Assembly: GCA_041687695.1 (NCBI GenBank)
Contig: JAWLBL010000025.1
Location: forward strand, 76,129-140,128
Direction: 5' to 3'
DNA from: Myxococcota bacterium
GTDB lineage: Bacteria > Myxococcota_A > UBA9042 > PHBI01 > JAWLBL01
DNA: 64,000 nucleotides
Position numbers and translations under genes: made by a program. The stretch's first letter is position 1, and every line of letters begins with the position of its first letter. Below, one piece after another: positions 1 to 9,449 of the stretch. Below the pieces are notes generated by a model. The model ran no database searches. It saw only the letters and a program-made list of their open reading frames with translations, and was not told the origin of the DNA.

Positions 1-765
1 GCGCCCCACGCCGCCGCCGCCCGCGGCGAGATCCACGTTGATGGTGGCGCGCTGGCCGCCCGTGACGCGCACCTGCTCGGAGTGGGACGGGTAGCCGTCC
101 AGCACGACCTCGACCAGGTAGTTGTCCTCGGACAGCTGGTCGATGACGGTCGGCGTGACCCCGCGCGGGGCGCCGTTGATGCGCACCTGGGCGCCCGACG
201 GCGTGCTGGCGACCAGCAGCGACCCGAAGCGCGCCACCTTCTTCATCACCACGTCGAAGGCGACCTTCTGGGCCTCGCTGGCGTCGATCCAGCGCTCCCA
301 GGGCTCGTAGCCCTCCTTGACGACCTTGACGTAGTGCCGGCCCGGCGGGACCGAGGTCGACGTCGGCACGACGCCCACCTCTTGATCGTCGACGAAGACC
401 TTGGCGCCGTAGAACTCGCTCGCCGCGATGAACTCGAGCTGCGCCGGCTTGATCTCGCGCAAGAGGTTGAAGACGTAGCTCTGCGTCTTCCAGGTGACCT
501 CGATGGTCTCCAGCAGATCCTGGAAGCCGTCCTTCTTGAAGCGCAGCGTCGTCATCCCGCGCGGGATCTTGGCGTTCTTTAGCGGCGTGACGCCCAGGGG
601 CTGCTCGCCCGACTCGAGGACCAGGAAGACCTCGGCCCCGCTGGGGGTCGTGTCCAGGTTGGTCCGCGTCGTGCGCACCCGCTGGGCGTGGGCGTCGGCC
701 GGCAGGAGCGACACGAGCAGGGCGGCGGCGGCCGCCAGGGCGGCGAGGGGCGAGCAGCGTGGCAT
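1..765 (-). CDS. PEGA domain-containing secreted protein (partial, runs off left edge)
   Basis: Translated by hand (absent from ORF track): MPRCSPLAALAAAAALLVSLLPADAHAQ signal peptide, then repeated PEGA-like units (TTPSGAEVF..LGVTP; GAKVFVDDQEVGVVP..PGRHYVKVVKEGYEPW; STPSGAQVRINGAPRGVTP). GGAAGGA just upstream of ATG 765. Confidence 0.8.
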   Translation of the reverse strand, partial: MPRCSPLAALAAAAALLVSLLPADAHAQRVRTTRTNLDTTPSGAEVFLVLESGEQPLGVTPLKNAKIPRGMTTLRFKKDGFQDLLETIEVTWKTQSYVFNLLREIKPAQLEFIAASEFYGAKVFVDDQEVGVVPTSTSVPPGRHYVKVVKEGYEPWERWIDASEAQKVAFDVVMKKVARFGSLLVASTPSGAQVRINGAPRGVTPTVIDQLSEDNYLVEVVLDGYPSHSEQVRVTGGQRATINVDLAAGGGGVGR

Positions 766-820
766 CACGATCCTTCCAGGAAGGTTGTCGAACCGGCCCC
801 GAACTTATTACTTAGCGCGC

Positions 821-2002
821 ATGAGTCAACCGAGACGCCGAGCGGGATCGGGCAGTTCCACGCCAACACTGGCCCTGTTCGCGACCACGTCGGCGGGGCT
901 GGAGCCCGCGCTGGAGGCCGAGCTGAGGGCCCTGGGGGCGCGTGGCCTCGAGCGGGTGCGCGGCGGCGTGGGTTTCGTCGGCGACCGCCGGCTGATGATG
1001 GCCGCGTGCGTGAACCTGCGGACCGCGCACCGGGTGCTGTGGAAGCTGGGCGAGGGGGTCGCGCGCGACGGCGACGCGCTGTACGAGGGGACACGCGGGG
1101 TCGTGCGCTGGGAGGGGCTGGTGCCGCCCGACAAGACCTTCGCGGTGCGGGCGACGGTCCGTGACAGCGCCTTGCGCGACAGCCGCTGGGTGGCGCTGCG
1201 GGTCAAGGACGCGATCGTGGACGCCGTGCGGGACGCGCGCGGCGAGCGGCCGTCGGTCGACGCCGCGGATCCGGACGTGCGGGTGCAGGTGCGGGTGGCG
1301 CGCGATCGGGTGACCGTCAGCCTGGACGCGGCCGGCGACAGCCTGCACGCGCGCGGCTATCGGACCGAGGCGGGCGAGGCGCCGCTGCGCGAGACGATGG
1401 CCGCGGGGATGCTGTTGATGAGCCGCTGGGACGGCCAGGCGCCGCTGGTCGACCCGATGTGCGGGTCGGGGACGTTGCCCATCGAGGCGGCGCTGCTGGC
1501 CAGCGGGACGGCGCCGGGGCTGCTGGGGCGGCGGTTCGGGTTCGAGCGGTGGCCCGGGCACCGGCCGGCGATGCTGGAGGCCGTGGTCGAGGGCGCGCGA
1601 CGGCGGGCGCGGCCGCGGCCCGAGGGGGCGCTGGCGTTCGGGCGCGACCGGGACGCGCGGGTGGTGGGGCTGGCGCGGGACAACGCGCGTCGCGCAGGCG
1701 TCGACGGGCTGACCGACTTCGCGGTCGGTGAGCTGGACGCCCTGGCGCCACCGCCTGGGGCGAGCCGCGGGGTGCTGGTGACCAACCCGCCCTACGGCGA
1801 GCGGCTGGGCGAGATCGAGGGCCTGGTGCCGCTGTACCGGCGGCTGGGCGCCATCGCGCGCGAGCGGTTCCGCGGCTGGGAGCTGTGGATCCTGCTGGCG
1901 CACGACGTGCATCGCGAGGCGCTCGGGCTGCCGATCGCGCGGCAGTGGCCGATGATGAACGGCGCGCTCGAGGTCACCCTGGCGCAGATCGTGATCCGGT
2001 GA
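821..2002 (+). CDS. THUMP-domain class I SAM RNA methyltransferase (RlmL/YpsC-like)
   Basis: GLEPALEAEL N-terminus, SLHARGYR..APLRET, DPMCGSGT..IEAA, TNPPYGERL; start placed at ATG 821. Confidence 0.88.
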   Translation: MSQPRRRAGSGSSTPTLALFATTSAGLEPALEAELRALGARGLERVRGGVGFVGDRRLMMAACVNLRTAHRVLWKLGEGVARDGDALYEGTRGVVRWEGLVPPDKTFAVRATVRDSALRDSRWVALRVKDAIVDAVRDARGERPSVDAADPDVRVQVRVARDRVTVSLDAAGDSLHARGYRTEAGEAPLRETMAAGMLLMSRWDGQAPLVDPMCGSGTLPIEAALLASGTAPGLLGRRFGFERWPGHRPAMLEAVVEGARRRARPRPEGALAFGRDRDARVVGLARDNARRAGVDGLTDFAVGELDALAPPPGASRGVLVTNPPYGERLGEIEGLVPLYRRLGAIARERFRGWELWILLAHDVHREALGLPIARQWPMMNGALEVTLAQIVIR

Positions 2003-2008
2003 GGCCGG

Positions 2009-3265
2009 TCACGCGGTGAGGCGGCGGTCGCCCCGGGCGGCGAGGGTGGCCAGCTCGAGGCGGTCGGCGCCCCAGAACAGCTGGGGCGCGCCGGCGGGCG
2101 GGCGGACGACGTAGGTGGGAGCGCCGAAGACGCCCGCGGCGACGGCCTCGTCGGTGGCGGCGCGCAGGGCGGACTTGGCCTCGGGGGCGCCGGCGGCCTC
2201 GACCAGGGTGGCGCCGTCGAGGCCGACCTCGTCGCACAGGGCGCGGACGACGTCGGGGCTGGAGACGTCGAGATCCTGGGCCCAGGCGGCGTGGTAGAGG
2301 CGCTCGATGAGGCGGACGCCCGCCGGCGAGTCGCCGGCGCCGGACAGCAGGGTGACGCGCAGGGGCAGGGTCGTGTTGAAGGGGAAGCGCGACGGCCAGC
2401 GCAGCGGGAAGCCGATGGCGGCGGCCTGGCGGGCCAGGTCCTCGGCCACCCAGCGGCGGCGCGGGGCGTTCATGGTCTGGAGCGGGACGTCGACCTGGCC
2501 GATGGCGCGGAAGAGGCCGCCGAGCAGCATGGGACGGTAGCGCAGGGCGGCGCCGAGCAGCGCGGGCGCGCGCAGGACGCCCAGGGCGCTGAAGGGGCTG
2601 GAGTAGTCGAACCAGAGGTCGACCGGCGCCGTCGGGCCGTCCCAAGCGGCGGCGGAGGGCAGGGCGGCCGGCGCGCCGCCGAGGGCGCGCTCGACCTCGT
2701 CGAGGCGGTCCTGACCCCAGTAGAGGCGGCCGTCGACGACGCAGCCGGGCGCGCCGAAGAGGCCGAGGGCGATGGCCTCGTCGGTGCGTCGTCGGAGATC
2801 GTCCTTGACGGCGTCGGAGGCGGCGCGGGCCAGCACGGCGTCGGCGTCGTGGCCCGCGTCGCGGAGGACGCGCGCGACGACGGCCTCGTCGCCGAGGTCG
2901 GCGCCGTGGACCCAGTAGGCCTGGTAGAAGCGGTGGGCCAGGGGCATGAAGGGCTCGCCGGCCGCGAGGAGCGCGCGGAGGGCGGTGACCGTGCGGAAGG
3001 GGTGGCCGGCGGGCATCTCGAAGGGGACCTGCCACAGGGCGGCGTGGCGGCGCATGTCGAGCAGGTTGTGGCGCGCCTTGGCCGGCCCGAGGGTGACCGA
3101 CAGGTTCTGGGCGGTGCCGACGGCGCGGAAGACGCCGCCGAGCAGCATCGGGCGCGGCTGCAGCGTGGCGCCGGTGCGCGCGGCGAGGGCCTCGACCTGG
3201 GTGGAGGCCAGGTAGGCGTACGGGCACGAGAAGTCGAACCAGAAGACGAGGTGCGGTGTGGTCAT
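2009..3265 (-). CDS. Tandem two-domain DsbA-fold 2-hydroxychromene-2-carboxylate isomerase / GST-kappa family protein
   Basis: Two similar halves: FWFDFSCPY..PMLLGGVF..GLFGAP..WGQDRL and LWFDYSSPF..PMLLGGLF..GVFGAP..WGADRL. Confidence 0.85.
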   Translation of the reverse strand: MTTPHLVFWFDFSCPYAYLASTQVEALAARTGATLQPRPMLLGGVFRAVGTAQNLSVTLGPAKARHNLLDMRRHAALWQVPFEMPAGHPFRTVTALRALLAAGEPFMPLAHRFYQAYWVHGADLGDEAVVARVLRDAGHDADAVLARAASDAVKDDLRRRTDEAIALGLFGAPGCVVDGRLYWGQDRLDEVERALGGAPAALPSAAAWDGPTAPVDLWFDYSSPFSALGVLRAPALLGAALRYRPMLLGGLFRAIGQVDVPLQTMNAPRRRWVAEDLARQAAAIGFPLRWPSRFPFNTTLPLRVTLLSGAGDSPAGVRLIERLYHAAWAQDLDVSSPDVVRALCDEVGLDGATLVEAAGAPEAKSALRAATDEAVAAGVFGAPTYVVRPPAGAPQLFWGADRLELATLAARGDRRLTA

Positions 3266-3332
3266 GGCGCTCTGCATACCGCGGAGCACGTGGGCGGCGC
3301 CAGCGGCGGCGCGGCGTGGTAGGCTGCGCGCC

Positions 3333-4427
3333 ATGTGGGGGCGAGGTCGACGGTGGTGGGTGGTCGCGGCTTTGATCGCGGCGGCGCCGGGCGCGCGCGC
3401 GGGTGAGGCCGAGCGGCTGGAGGCGACCGGGGCGGCGCTGGAGGCGGCGGCGGCCTGGGAGCGGGAGGCCGTGCGCGGGCGCGACGACGAGGCGACGCTG
3501 CGGGCGGCGCGGCTGTGGGCGCTGGACGAGGCCGGGACGCGCGGTGAGGCGCTGCTGGCGCAGTGGCTGGCGCGGAGCGGCCGGGACGAGCGGGCGCCCA
3601 GGGTGGCGCTGGAGCGCGCGCGGCTGGTCGCGCGGAGGATGGCGCGGCGCGACTCGGCCGGGGCGCGGCGCGTGGCCATCACGCTGTACGAGCAGATCGC
3701 GCACAAGTTTGGGCCACAGGACCCGGCGCTGGTGGTGCTGGCGCTGGCCGAGGGCGGGCGGCTGGTCCCGCCGGACGCGCGGCCCGACGAGCGGCTGGTC
3801 GCCCATCAGCTGTACTGGGCGGCGGTCTATCAGTGGCACCTGCTGCCTCAGGCGCTGGCGCGGCGCGAGGAGGTCCGCGACGCGGCGGCCGGGGCGGCCT
3901 TCGCGTTGGCCGAGGTGTCGGTGGGGCGGGCGCTGTCGCCCAGCCTGGACGAGGCCATCGCCGAGGCGGGCGAGGTGGACGCGGCGCGGCTCGTGCGGAT
4001 CGTGACCGATCGCCTGTCGTGGCTGGAGACGGCGCGCCCCAAGCTGCACAAGGTCGCCGACTACGGCGCGCCCCGGTGGGCCATGGCGGCGGTGGTGCGC
4101 GAGGCGCAGCTCTTCCACGCCTTCGCCGACATGATCGAGGGCCTCCGGGGACCCGCCGACTGGACGCGCGCCCAGCGCGACGCGGTGCGGCCCGGGCTCG
4201 CCGGCAAGGTCGCCGAGCTGCGCGAGCAGGCCGAGGAGCGTTACGCGGCCGCCTTGCGTTACGCCGTCGAGCGCGAGGTCACCGGGCCGTGGTCGCGCGC
4301 CGCCGCCGAGGGGCTGGCGCGGCTGCGACCGGAGGGCTATCCCCTGGTCGTCCGGCGGCCGGCGGTGGTCCGGCTCCCCGACGGCCTGCCCGGGACGGGG
4401 TTCGTCACCCGGCCCGGGCGGCGCTGA
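3333..4427 (+). CDS. Secreted helical (TPR-like) hypothetical protein
   Basis: Signal-peptide-like N-terminus, Ala-rich helical repeats, C-terminal W..AAEGLARLRPEGYP. Confidence 0.55.
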   Translation: MWGRGRRWWVVAALIAAAPGARAGEAERLEATGAALEAAAAWEREAVRGRDDEATLRAARLWALDEAGTRGEALLAQWLARSGRDERAPRVALERARLVARRMARRDSAGARRVAITLYEQIAHKFGPQDPALVVLALAEGGRLVPPDARPDERLVAHQLYWAAVYQWHLLPQALARREEVRDAAAGAAFALAEVSVGRALSPSLDEAIAEAGEVDAARLVRIVTDRLSWLETARPKLHKVADYGAPRWAMAAVVREAQLFHAFADMIEGLRGPADWTRAQRDAVRPGLAGKVAELREQAEERYAAALRYAVEREVTGPWSRAAAEGLARLRPEGYPLVVRRPAVVRLPDGLPGTGFVTRPGRR

Positions 4428-4439
4428 CGGGGTCGGTGG

Positions 4440-5657
4440 CTACAGCGGCAGGATCCACAGGTCGCTCAGGCCGTCGTTGTCGGGGCGCGGCGCGGTGAGG
4501 GCCAGGTGGTTGGGGCCGAGGCGAGCTTGGCTGAGGCCGACGAGCTGCGTGACCGTCTGGACGGGCTCGGCGCCGCCGTCCGCCAGGTCGACCATGCGGA
4601 CGCGGCGCTGCTCGGCCGGGGCGCCCGGGATGGACTCGATCCAGGCGACGCGCGAGCCGCTGGCCGTGGGGGCGCCGTCGAGGGTCGGCTCGACGTGGCC
4701 GTGGAGGCTGAGCGAGCTGGTGGCGCCCGTGACCGCGTCGGTGATGAAGACGTCCGAGGGGATCATGCTGTCCGGGTTGATGATGGACTTGCTGGCGCGC
4801 CACACCAGCTTGCCCGACGCGAGCGCCAGCGAGTCGACGTCGAAGGCGACGTCCCAGACCGTCTCTGCGTCGTCGACGAGGGCCGCGACCGAGGTGGCGC
4901 CGGAAAGCCACCCGAGGGTGACCTCCTGCCCGTCGGCCAGGGTGCCGAAGGCCGGGCGCCGCTCGGGCTCGACGCCGTCGGTCACGCGGGCCTCGCTGCC
5001 GCCGGTCATCTCGCGCGCGTAGATGGCCGGCACCTGGGGCTGCCCCTCGACGCAGAGCCGGCAGTCCTGCCAGGCGACCAGGCTGCCCACCGCGGTCGGG
5101 TGCTCCTGCGCGCCGGGCTTGGTGACGACCGCGACATCGGCGCCGTCGCTGAGGCGCACGCCGAAGACGTCCGGGTCGCCGTAGCGATCGTCGACGTAGA
5201 ACAGCCAGGTCGGCGTCAGGACCAGCTGCCGCGGCTGCGTCAGGTAGGGCGCGTCCAGGTCGACCGGCTCGCTGGCGCCGTCGAGCGCCCACAGCATCAG
5301 CCGCTCGGGCTCGCCCGGGGCGTCGCGCTCGACCCAGGCCGCGTGGGTGGCGGACAGCGCGATCTCGCGCCGCTCGGCGACGGCGCCGGGCACCAGGAAG
5401 ACCGGATCCTCCTTCAGGCTCAAGGTGCGCACGTCCGGCGCGACCGAGTCCTCGGTAGGCACGTCGGGCAGCGGGCCGGAGTCCTGCTCGTTGACGTCGT
5501 CGCCGGGGAACACCACGTCGGACAGGCCGGCGTCGGCCGAGGTGTCGCCCTGGGAGGCATCGGGCGCGACGCCGCCCCCCGCCTCGACGGCCATGTCGCC
5601 GCAAGCCCCCAACACAAGGGCCAACCCCATCGTCACCAGCGTCGCGCTCGCTCTCAT
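4440..5657 (-). CDS. Lipoprotein with beta-propeller-like repeats
   Basis: Lipobox-like LVLGAC, acidic linker, repeated blades (FYVDDRYGDPDVF, QEHPTAVGSLVAWQD, SGSRVAWIE). Confidence 0.65.
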   Translation of the reverse strand: MRASATLVTMGLALVLGACGDMAVEAGGGVAPDASQGDTSADAGLSDVVFPGDDVNEQDSGPLPDVPTEDSVAPDVRTLSLKEDPVFLVPGAVAERREIALSATHAAWVERDAPGEPERLMLWALDGASEPVDLDAPYLTQPRQLVLTPTWLFYVDDRYGDPDVFGVRLSDGADVAVVTKPGAQEHPTAVGSLVAWQDCRLCVEGQPQVPAIYAREMTGGSEARVTDGVEPERRPAFGTLADGQEVTLGWLSGATSVAALVDDAETVWDVAFDVDSLALASGKLVWRASKSIINPDSMIPSDVFITDAVTGATSSLSLHGHVEPTLDGAPTASGSRVAWIESIPGAPAEQRRVRMVDLADGGAEPVQTVTQLVGLSQARLGPNHLALTAPRPDNDGLSDLWILPL

Positions 5658-5823
5658 CGTCCCCCACCGCGGCAGCAGGCCTCGTCCACGCACGGATGTT
5701 GATACAAGATTCGTGCCGCCGCGCGAAGCCCGCCGCGCCACGCGCCCGCCCGGCGCCCTGGCGACCGACTTGTCAGGGGGTGTCAACCTGCTAGTCACCC
5801 GCCGCCCCCGCTGCTCACGCTCG

Positions 5824-5853
5824 TTGACGGTCCCGGCGGCGCAGGGCTAGGGT
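5824..5853 (+). promoter_or_regulatory. Putative sigma70-type promoter for the ABC exporter operon (possibly leaderless)
   Basis: TTGACG (5824-5829), 18 nt, TAGGGT (5848-5853); GTG start 7 nt downstream with no SD. Confidence 0.5.
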
Positions 5854-5860
5854 CCGCCGC

Positions 5861-7675
5861 GTGGATCGCCTGAAACGCTTCTGGCACGACTACGCGCGAC
5901 GCTACACGGGCTGGTACCTGCTGGGGTTCCTGTTCCTGCTCGCCACCAACGTGCTGACCGTCGCCATCCCCGGCTTCGTCCAGGAGGCCGTCGACGCGCT
6001 CGACGCCGGCCGCGGCGCCGACCCGGCCGCCGCCTGGTCGCTGGCCATCGTGGCCGCGGGCGCCGGCATCATCGTCGTCCGCACCCTCAGCCGCACCCTG
6101 TTCTTCAACCCCGGCCGCACCATCGAGTTCCGCCTCAAGGGCCGCATGTTCGACCACCTGCTCGACATGCCGCGCGCCTTCTTCGACCGCATGCGCCCCG
6201 GCGAGATCATCAGCCGCGGCACGAACGACGTGAACTCGGTCCGCGCCCTGGTCGGCTTCGCCTCGCTGCAGCTGTTCAACGTCGCCTTCACCCTGGTGCT
6301 GACCCTGGGGAAGATGGCCATCGCCAACGCGGCCCTGACCTTCTGGTGCGTCCTGCCCCTCATCGCCGCCGCCCTGGTCATGCGCGTCGCCGTCCGCGCC
6401 ATGTTCAAGCTGGTCGCCGCCACGCAGCAGCAGGTCGCGACCCTCAGCGAGCGCATCCTCGAGAGCTACAGCGGCGTCGGCGTGCTGCAGGCCTTCGGCG
6501 CCGAAGCCGGCGCCAAGGCCCGCTTCGACCAGGCCAACGACGAGCTGCTGCGCCTGGGCGTCGATCTCGGCAAGGTCAGCGCCTGGCTGCTGCCCATCGT
6601 CTCGGTGGTCGGCAACGTGTGCATCGTCATCCTGCTCTACGTCGGCGGCGGCATGGTCGTCCGCGAGCAGCTCACCGTCGGCGAGCTGGCCGCCTTCGCG
6701 GTCTACATCAACATCCTGGTCAGCGGCCTGACCAGCCTCGGCTGGCTGGTCAACTCGGCCCAGCGCGGCTGGATCTCGCTCGGCCGCGTCTTCGAGGTCG
6801 TCGAGACCCCCTCGAACCGCCCGCCGGCCGTGGCCACGGTCCCGCCGCCGGAAGATGGGGGCGGCCACGCGCTGACCGTCGAGGGCCTGACCTTCGACTA
6901 CGCCGACGTGAACCCCGCGACCGCCGAGGCCGAGCGTCGCGCCGAGCCCGCCCTGCGCGACGTGACGTTCCAGGTCGCCCCGGGCGAGCGCCTGGGCCTG
7001 TTCGGTCTGACCGGCGCCGGCAAGTCGACCCTGCTCAACGTCCTGGCCCGCGTGTACGACCCGCCCCCGGGCACCGTGCGCCTGGGTGGCGTCGACGTCC
7101 GCGACGTGCCCACGGCCGACTACTGGCGCGAGGTCGCGCTGGTCCCGCAGGACGCCTTCCTCTTCAGCCTCAGCCTGCGCGAGAACATCGGCCTGTCGGC
7201 CCCGCTCGGCGGCATCGACGACGCGCGCGTCGCCGCGGCGGCCGAGGACGCCGCCCTGACCGACGACCTCGCGGCGCTGCCCGAGGGGCTCGAGACCCGC
7301 GTCGGCGAGCGCGGCATCATGCTCTCGGGCGGCCAGCGCCAGCGCACCGCCCTGGCCCGCGCCTTCTACCGCGACGCCCGCGTCCTGCTGCTCGACGACG
7401 TCATGAGCGCCGTCGACCACGCCACCGAGAAGCGCCTCATCGACGCGGTCTACCGCCGGGCCGCCGGCGCCACGCTGGTCATCGTCTCGCACCGGGTCAG
7501 CGTCCTCGCCCGCGCCGACCGCATCCTCGTGCTCGAGGACGGCCGCGTGGTCGACGAGGGCACCCACGACGAGCTGGTCCGCCGCGACGGCCCCTACGCG
7601 CGCGCCTGGACGCTGCAGCAGGCGCGCGAGGCCATCGAGGACGACGCCCAGACCCGCGAGGTGGCCGGTGCCTGA
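5861..7675 (+). CDS. ABC exporter subunit, fused TMD-NBD (MdlA-like, degenerate site)
   Basis: Multi-helix N-terminal membrane domain, Walker A GLTGAGKS, signature LSGGQ, Walker B LLLDD (no catalytic Glu). Confidence 0.92.
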   Translation: MDRLKRFWHDYARRYTGWYLLGFLFLLATNVLTVAIPGFVQEAVDALDAGRGADPAAAWSLAIVAAGAGIIVVRTLSRTLFFNPGRTIEFRLKGRMFDHLLDMPRAFFDRMRPGEIISRGTNDVNSVRALVGFASLQLFNVAFTLVLTLGKMAIANAALTFWCVLPLIAAALVMRVAVRAMFKLVAATQQQVATLSERILESYSGVGVLQAFGAEAGAKARFDQANDELLRLGVDLGKVSAWLLPIVSVVGNVCIVILLYVGGGMVVREQLTVGELAAFAVYINILVSGLTSLGWLVNSAQRGWISLGRVFEVVETPSNRPPAVATVPPPEDGGGHALTVEGLTFDYADVNPATAEAERRAEPALRDVTFQVAPGERLGLFGLTGAGKSTLLNVLARVYDPPPGTVRLGGVDVRDVPTADYWREVALVPQDAFLFSLSLRENIGLSAPLGGIDDARVAAAAEDAALTDDLAALPEGLETRVGERGIMLSGGQRQRTALARAFYRDARVLLLDDVMSAVDHATEKRLIDAVYRRAAGATLVIVSHRVSVLARADRILVLEDGRVVDEGTHDELVRRDGPYARAWTLQQAREAIEDDAQTREVAGA

Positions 7676-9449
7676 CGCGACCCCCGACACGGCCGCCCAG
7701 GCCCCGCGGAAGGCGCGCAGCCTGGCCGTCATGGACCCGCGCTTCGCGCCCTTCATCCGGCCCTACTACCGCACCCTCGCCGGCGTGCTGGTCCTGACCG
7801 TCCTCGGCGTCCTCGCCGGCCTCCTGCAGCCCCTCCTGCTCAAGCAGGGCATCGACGAGCACGTCGCCACGGGCGATCTCCAGGGCCTCGCCGGCATCGC
7901 CGGGCTGTTCCTGGGCGTGGTCGCCGTCGGCTTCACGGCGCGCTCGCTGGGGCTGTACCTGCTGCTCAAGGTGGGCCTCGAGGCCCTCGCCGCCCTGCGC
8001 CGCGCCATCTTCGACCACGTCCTCGGCCAGGGGCAGCGCTTCTTCGACCGCCGCACCACCGGCTCGCTGATGACGCGCACCACCAGCGACGTCGAGGCCG
8101 TCTACGAGAGCCTCATCATGGGCGCGGTCAACCTGCTGACCGACGCCCTGACCATCGTCGGCATCGTCGTCGCGATGCTCATCCTCGACTGGCGCCTGAC
8201 CCTCATCGCCTTCGCCGTCTCGCCGGTCATCGTCATCGTCGTCGAGGTGTTCCGCCGCAAGCTCCGCGCGCTGTCGTTGGTCATCCGCACCAGCCTGAGC
8301 CACCTCAACGGCTTCTTCGCCGAGCAGATCAACGGCATGAGCCTCGTGCAGCTCTACGGCGCCGAGGCCCGCTCGCGCCGCCACTTCCGCGCGCTCAGCT
8401 ACGAGTACCTCGACGCCTACCGCCGCTCGAACTGGTGGGACGCCGGCCTGTACGCGATCATGGACGGGATGAGCGCCCTCGCCATCGGGCTCATGCTCTG
8501 GTACGGCGCGCGTTCGTTCGTCGAGCCGGGCTCGGCGGTCACGCTGGGGCTGCTGGTCGCCTTCATCGACTACCTGAGCCGCGTCTTCGTGCCCATCCGC
8601 GAGTTCTCGGGGCGCCTAGCGACCGTGCAGCGCGCCGCCGCGGCCCTGGACCGCATCGGCGACCTCCTCGAGACCGACCAGCGCGTACAGCCGGGCACCG
8701 TCGCCATGCCCGCCATCCGCGGCGACGTCGCCTTCGACCGCGTCAGCTTCGCCTACGCCGCCGACCGCCCGCAGGTCCTGCGCGACGTCAGCTTCGAGAT
8801 GCGGCCGGGCGAGGTCGTCGCCCTGGTCGGCGCCACCGGGTCGGGCAAGACCACCATCGGCAAGCTGCTGATGCGCATGTACGACGGCTACCAGGGCCAC
8901 ATCCGGGTCGACGGGCGCGAGCTCCGCGACGTCCAGCTCGAGGACGTCCGCCGGCAGGTCACCGTCGTGCACCAGGACGTGTATCTGTTCCACGGCACCG
9001 TCGCCGAGAACATCGGCCTGTGGCAGGACGGCCTGGACCGCGCGCGCGTCGAGGCGGCCGCGCGCCTGGCCCGCGCCAGCGACTTCATCGACAAGCTGCC
9101 GGGCGGCTACGACCACGTCGTCAGCGAGCGCGGCGGCAACCTGTCGTCGGGGCAACGGCAGCTGCTGGCCATCGCCCGCGCCATGGCGCGCGACGCCCCC
9201 ATCGTCATCCTCGACGAGGCCACCAGCAGCGTCGACGCCATGACCGAGCGCCTCATCGACGACGCCATCGCGGAGCTGCTCGCGCGCAAGACGGTGCTGG
9301 TCATCGCCCACCGCCTGTCGACCATCAAGAAGGCCGACCGCATCCTGGTCCTGCACCACGGGCAGGTGGTCGAGCAGGGCACCCACGACGAGCTGATGGC
9401 GCGCGGCGGGCGCTACCAGCTGCTGGTCGAGACGGGGTTCGCGCTGTGA
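7668..9449 (+). CDS. ABC exporter subunit, fused TMD-NBD (MdlB-like, consensus site)
   Basis: Walker A GATGSGKT, LSSGQ, Walker B IVILDE, IAHRLST; overlaps upstream gene. Confidence 0.92.
   Translation: MPDATPDTAAQAPRKARSLAVMDPRFAPFIRPYYRTLAGVLVLTVLGVLAGLLQPLLLKQGIDEHVATGDLQGLAGIAGLFLGVVAVGFTARSLGLYLLLKVGLEALAALRRAIFDHVLGQGQRFFDRRTTGSLMTRTTSDVEAVYESLIMGAVNLLTDALTIVGIVVAMLILDWRLTLIAFAVSPVIVIVVEVFRRKLRALSLVIRTSLSHLNGFFAEQINGMSLVQLYGAEARSRRHFRALSYEYLDAYRRSNWWDAGLYAIMDGMSALAIGLMLWYGARSFVEPGSAVTLGLLVAFIDYLSRVFVPIREFSGRLATVQRAAAALDRIGDLLETDQRVQPGTVAMPAIRGDVAFDRVSFAYAADRPQVLRDVSFEMRPGEVVALVGATGSGKTTIGKLLMRMYDGYQGHIRVDGRELRDVQLEDVRRQVTVVHQDVYLFHGTVAENIGLWQDGLDRARVEAAARLARASDFIDKLPGGYDHVVSERGGNLSSGQRQLLAIARAMARDAPIVILDEATSSVDAMTERLIDDAIAELLARKTVLVIAHRLSTIKKADRILVLHHGQVVEQGTHDELMARGGRYQLLVETGFAL

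Noticed and set aside
8435..9445. Long N-terminal extensions in the ORF track for Hsp70, dipeptidase, Eis, FadB, OPT, Ecm and MeaB
   Set aside because: They overlap upstream genes in another frame; true starts were assigned at stop/start overlaps or SD-supported codons
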